A DNA stretch of 64,000 nucleotides from Macrostomum lignano (taxonomy: Eukaryota), in NCBI GenBank assembly GCA_002269645.1, contig NIVC01002903.1:1-64000 (forward strand). Direction: 5' to 3'. Under the pieces are notes generated by a model that made no database searches, was not told where the DNA came from, and saw only the letters and a program-made list of their open reading frames with translations. Shown here piece after piece: positions 58,495-64,000 of this stretch (positions within the stretch are counted from its first letter, which is position 1; the number at the start of each line of letters is the position of its first letter). A program made the translations under genes and the position numbers.

Positions 58495-59535
58495 CATGGC
58501 TGATGAAGGGTCGGTGATGGCTGATGAAGGGTCGGTCATGGCTGATGAAGGGTCAGTGATGGATGATGAAGGGTCGGTGATGGCTGATGAAGGGTCGGTC
58601 ATGGCTGATGAAGGGTCAGTGATGGATGATGAAGGGTCGGTCATGGCTGATGAAGGGTCGGTCATGGCTGATGAAGGGTCGGTGATGGATGATGAAGGGT
58701 CGGTGATGGCTGATGAAGGGTCGGTGATGGCTGATGAAGGGTCGGTGATGGCTGATGAAGGGTCGGTCATGTCTGATGAAGGGTCGGTCATGGCTGATGA
58801 AGGGTCGGTCATGGCTGATGAAGGGTCGGTGATGGCTGATGAAGGGTCGGTCATGGCTGATGAAGGGTCAGTGATGGATGATGAAGGGTCGGTCATGGCT
58901 GATGAAGGGTCGGTCATGGCTGATGAAGGGTCAGTGATGGATGATGAAGGGTCGGTGATGGATGATGAGGGGTCAGTGATGGCTGATGAAGGGTCAGTGA
59001 TGGCTGATGAAGGGTCGGTGATGGCTGATGAAGGGTCAGTGATGGCTGATGAAGGGTCAGTGATGGCTGATGAAGGGTCAGTGATGGCTGATAAAGGGTT
59101 GGTGATGGCTGACGAAGGGTCAGTGATGGATGATGAAGGGTCGGTGATGGCTGATGAAGGGTCAGTGATGGCTGATGAAGGGTCGGTGATGGATGATGAA
59201 GGGTCAGTGATGGCTGATGAAGGGTCGGTGATGGATGATGAAGGGTCAGTGATGGCTGATGAAGGGTCGGTGATGGCTGATGAAGGGTCAGTGATGGCTG
59301 ATGAAGGGTCGGTGATGGCTGATGAAGGGTCAGTGATGGCTGATGAAGGGTCGGTGATGGATGATGAAGGGTCGGTGATGGATGATGAAGGGTCGGTGAT
59401 GGCTGATGAAGGGTCAGTGATGGATGATGAAGGGTCGGTGATGGCTGATGAAGGGTCAGTGATGGCTGATGAAGGGTCGGTGATGGCTGATGAAGGGTCG
59501 GTGATGGCTGATGAAGGGTCGGTGATGGCTGAGTA
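58495..59535. repeat. 21-bp minisatellite (GATGGCTGATGAAGGGTCGGT)n
   Basis: Direct periodicity; the MADEGSV ORF is an artefact. Confidence 0.95.
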
Positions 59536-60084
59536 AGCTATTGATAGAGTACATGTACATGTAGAGTTACAAGCAGTAATCCATCAGTGGTAAGATAGCA
59601 ACGGTGGTTAGAAACCCCATATTAGTTATTGTCAAAAAGCACACACTGACAACAAAACAAGGAAGTCGCTCTGCATGCGAACGGCATTGTCTGGGATACC
59701 CCGGCGTTCGCGTACTGTACACTGGCGTGTACACTGATACGGTTTGCCTGCACCGTGAAAATGCAACAGCAGGAACAGTTTTCACTGCTGGGAGTGGGCC
59801 AGGCCGAACCACTGTGACAGCCGGACAGCTGCCGCCTATCTGTCAGAGCTTTGCTGGGGCTGGGGCAATTTTTAACTTGGGGTCAGAATTGATAAGCCAT
59901 GCGGTTATCCGGCACTGCGCTGATGTGCTTGCAGATTTTGTTTGCGAATATTGCATCTCGAATTTCTGCGTGCCGAATCGCGTCCGGAATCTCAGCCAGA
60001 ATTTTGTGAATAATGCGATTGGATCTTTCAAATTTTATTCTTTAGTTGGCTTAGCCATTGCTGTGGTGCGGTTGGGATCACTTA

Positions 60085-61080
60085 GGTCTCTCATGGTTCA
60101 GTCAGGGTCTCTCATGGCTCAGTCAGGGTCTCTCATGGCTCAGTCAGGTCTCTCATGGCTCAGTCAGGGTCTCTCATGGCTCAGTCAGGTCTCTCATGGC
60201 TCAGTCAGGGTCTCTCATGGCTCAGTCAGGTCTTTCATGGCTCAGTCAGGGTCTCTCATGGCTCAGTCAGGTCTCTCATGGCTCAGTCAGGTCTCTCATG
60301 GCTCAGTCAGGTCTCTCATGGCTCAGTCAGGGTCTCTCATGGCTCAGTCAGGTCTCTCATGGTTCAGTCAGGTCTCTCGGGGTTCAGTCAAGTCTCTCAT
60401 GGCTCAGTCAGGGTCTCTCATGGCTCAGTAAGGTCTCTCATGGTTCAGTCAGGGTCTCTCATGGCTCAGTAAGGTCTCTCATGGTTCAGTCAGGGTCTCT
60501 CATGGCTCAGTCAGGGTCTCTCATGGCTCAGTCAGGGTCTCTCATGGCTCAGTCAGGTCTCTCATGGCTCAGTCAGGTCTCTCATGGTTCAGTCAGGGTC
60601 TCTCACGGCTCAGTCAGGTCTCTCATGACTGAGTAAGGGTCTCTCAAGGCTCAGTCAGGTCTCTCATGGCTCAGTCAGGTCTCTCATGGCTCAGTCAGGT
60701 CTCTCATGGCTCAGTCAGGTCTCTCATGGTTCAGTCAGGGTCTTTCATGGCTCAGTCAGGTCTCTCATGGTTCAGTCAGGGTCTCTCATGGTTCAGTCAG
60801 GTCTCTCATGGCTCAGTCAGGTCTCTCATGGTTCAGTCAGGGTCTCTCACGGCTCAGTCAGGTCTCTCATGACTCAGTAAGGGTCTCTCAAGGCTCAGTC
60901 AGGTCTCTCATGGCTCAGTCAGGTCTCTCATGACTCAGTAAGGGTCTCTCAAGGCTCAGTCAGGTCTCTCATGGCTCAGTCAGGTCTCTCATGGCTCAGT
61001 CAGGTCTCCCATGGTTCAGTCAGGTCTCTCGGGGTTCAGTCAGGGTCCCTTATGACTCACTAAGTAGGTCTCTCATGACT
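60085..61080. repeat. 20/21-bp minisatellite ([G]GGTCTCTCATGGCTCAGTCA)n
   Basis: Direct periodicity. Confidence 0.95.
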
Positions 61081-61814
61081 CACTAAGGTTCACTCAGGTC
61101 TTCTAATAAACTAATTAACTAAATAACTTTTGAATTTTTTCAATCCTCGCGCATCATTGTATTTTACGAGTGCGCACTGCAATTTGAAAAGTCAAGCGAG
61201 AGAAACGAACCCTGGTCAGAAATAGCAGAATTGTTTCCGCAGGAGGTCCAGGGATTAGGCGGGCTAATTGATACCCGCGATACTAATGTATCTTTATGGC
61301 CTCCACCACCGAGTGTTAGAGATGTGGGAGGAGATCGCAGAAATCTGGCGACCTTCCTCCCGTGTTTCTTCAGCCGGGGGCCAGCAAAACTGCATTGCTG
61401 GCAGTTCATAAAATTCCTGCGCTGCCGGTGGCTCAGCTCCGCTGGTTTCCCGTCTGGCTTTTTCTTTCTTTCGAATTTCTTTGGCCCACCGGGGCATTGC
61501 TGGGGATGTTGAGTGGCTCGCAGGCTGGAGTCCCGTCGGGGCTGGCCATTAGACTGCGTTAAAAATTTAACGGATTAATGGATTGCGAATTTAGGGGATC
61601 GGAGTGGACCCGCAGCGGCTTCTGCTGCGCGAGGCTCTGCCGCATGTGCACACGCGTGTGATGCTGTGTAGCGATAGCCTCATCTCCGGGGTGATGCAGA
61701 ATCCTTGTGAAGCATGTGGAACAAACATTACCTTCTGTGTGATACAACCCCACCTGGGTGAAACAATCATACTTACAGGGAGACAGCTAGACCGGCCCTT
61801 CTCAATCTCGTTTG

Positions 61815-62190
61815 ACACAATCTCACACTCCGAGTGACACAATCTCAACTTCCGAGTGACACAATCTCAACTTCCGAGTGACACAATCTCACACTCCGAG
61901 TGACACAATCTCAACTTCTGAGTGACACAATCTCAACTTCCGAGTGACACAATCTCAACTTCCGAGTGACACAATCTCAACTTCCGGGTGACACAATCTC
62001 ACCTTCCGAGTGACACAATCTCAACTTCCGAGTGACACAATCTCAACTTCCGAGTGACACAATCTCAACTTCCGGGTGACACAATCTCACCTTCCGAGTG
62101 ACACAATCTCAACTTCCGAGTGACACAATCTCACACTCCGAGTGACACGATCTCACACTCCGAGTGACACGATCTCACACTTCCGAGTGA
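61815..62190. repeat. 22-bp minisatellite (GAGTGACACAATCTCAACTTCC)n
   Basis: GTGACAC at 61988, 62010, 62032. Confidence 0.93.
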
Positions 62191-62864
62191 CACAAGACAC
62201 ACAATTCCTACAGTTCTTCCCCATTGCAGCTCCCTTATTGCTCACATTTGGGCCACTATGCCTGCTGATACAAAAAGTAAAGTTTATGTTGGTATCGTTT
62301 GTAATAATCTGTACTGAATTTTCGACTCTTAATGATTTCTCCTGGTTATAACCCCAGCATTATAGCTCGTGATCTTGTTGATATTGCCAAACATTCAGTG
62401 GTTACTGCAGCTAGCGCCGCACTCAAGTAATTTCTCTCCTATCCGCCCACAACCGTTGCGAATTCCGCAGCTCCCCCTGGCGCACTGATTGGGAATCGCT
62501 GCAGATTGCCCCCTCCCGCCCCAGGCTACATGGCAGCTGTTGAATGCAGCCTGGGCAGGTCAGTCAGTGGGGACAGGCGACACACAAAAGCTGAGGGAAG
62601 ACGCCGCGCACCACCTTTGGACTAATGAGCTCCCTCGCCTGCCCGGCTGTTGGGTAGTTGGGCTGTGAGACTGAGAGCTCAAGGGGAAGTGCAAGCGGCT
62701 ATAGCTGTTAAGACTCGAGTCTGCTCCCTGCTGCGCATTGGAAAGATGTTTGCAGGGATTTTACTTTGGGGAATAGAGGTTTCCAGTACTTAGAAATTGC
62801 TGATGGGCAGTGAATGGAGATTGATGGAGAATAATGGGAGAGTAGCCTGTGAATTCGTGGTGAA

Positions 62865-63320
62865 AGAATGGTGAATGGGTAGTGAAGGGATGGTGAATGG
62901 ACAGTGAAGGGACGGTGAATGGATAGTGAAGGGATGGTGAATGGACAGTGAAGGGATCGTGAATGGACAGTGAAGGGATGGTGAATGGATAGTGAAGGAA
63001 TGGTGAATGGATAGTGAAGGGATGGTGAATGGATAGTGAAGGGATGGTGAATGGATAGTGAAGGGATGGTGAATGGGCAGTGAAGGGATAGTGAATGGAT
63101 CGTGAAGGGACGGTGAATGAATTGTGAAGGGATGGTTAATGGATGATGGTGAATGGCAGTGAAGGGATTATGAATGACAGTGCAAGGATGGTGAATGGAT
63201 AGTGAAGGGATGGTGAATGGACATTGAAGGGATGGTGAATGGATAGTGCAGGGACGGTGAATATATAATGAAGGGACGGTGAATGTATAGTGAAGGGATG
63301 GTGAATGGCAGTGAATGGAT
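62865..63320. repeat. 22-bp minisatellite (GAATGGATAGTGAAGGGATGGT)n
   Basis: Direct periodicity. Confidence 0.9.
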
Positions 63321-64000
63321 AGTGAGTTGATAGAAAAAATATGACACATTAAGTGTGAACACACAATGCGCTAACAGGGAACTCAGTGAGGCGGTATCAA
63401 CTGAAGGTTGATTGGCCCATAAATCCAGAAACCTGGAGGCCGGTGGTTAACCAGGCGCACAGACCTCAGGCCTCAATTCATTGCAGCCTCAGGCTTGTAG
63501 GCCTCACAAAGCCAGAGATAATTGGCAGTGGAGGGAGGCTGAAAATACCTGCCTATCCTTGGCTGCTCCGACCCCCCCCCCCCAGAGATTCGCGGAAAAG
63601 ATTCAGCCGAAACAAATGAGTGCGAGGTGCAAACTTCGGGCGCAGGAAACAAATGGTTCAATAAAGATGAAGCAGCACTGATACCCGGCCTGTCCCCGCG
63701 CCCAGTCTCCCAGATGCTGCGAAGATTAACTGTGTAGAGGCCGGCACTGCTGCGTGCGGCCCCCAGCCTCCCCGGGTCCTCTACGGGTTTTTAAATCCCC
63801 AAAATGGGACGCGCGATGCCTCCTGCTTGACACTGATTTATGAAAAGTAGCCGCCGGAGTCGGTGGTTGAAAAGTAACACTTCCGTGTAGGCTGTGGAAG
63901 CTGTGCGAAAGCCCGGGGATCCCCGGGATCTGAGCTTTCAATCAAGTTCGGTTCGTTCAGCCAATCCTTTGTTGTCTCTCCTCTCTTTCGCTGTTTTGCA

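Noticed and set aside
63912-63928. 16-bp palindrome CCCGGGGATCCCCGGG
   Set aside because: Short, GC-only arms and no flanking duplication; expected by chance.

Overview
Eukaryotic (animal) genomic DNA: short GC-rich exons, GT-AG introns, and about 30 distinct mini/microsatellite arrays covering roughly one third of the window. This architecture suggests the flatworm Macrostomum lignano or a relative (inference only). Recognisable genes: CFAP299 exons 1-2 (-), a divergent SAR1 GTPase (+), a TTLL10-type tubulin polyglycylase (-) and MEPCE/Bin3 (+), plus several phase-consistent orphan gene models. The main event is a 3.6-kb 5'-truncated APE-RT-RNaseH non-LTR retrotransposon inserted into a TTLL10 coding exon with a 9-bp target-site duplication. 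Its junctions (i) fuse TTLL10 in frame to the element endonuclease and (ii) create a GT...AG pair whose splicing would restore an in-frame TTLL10. Also present: a 34-bp TIR-only hAT-like element with an 8-bp TSD, a Harbinger deletion derivative retaining the starts of both its genes, a perfect RFX X-box, and a 7-kb AT-rich, MITE-rich, minisatellite-free island. Most long ORFs in the supplied track are tandem-repeat artefacts. Family assignments come from motifs recalled from memory, not from database searches.
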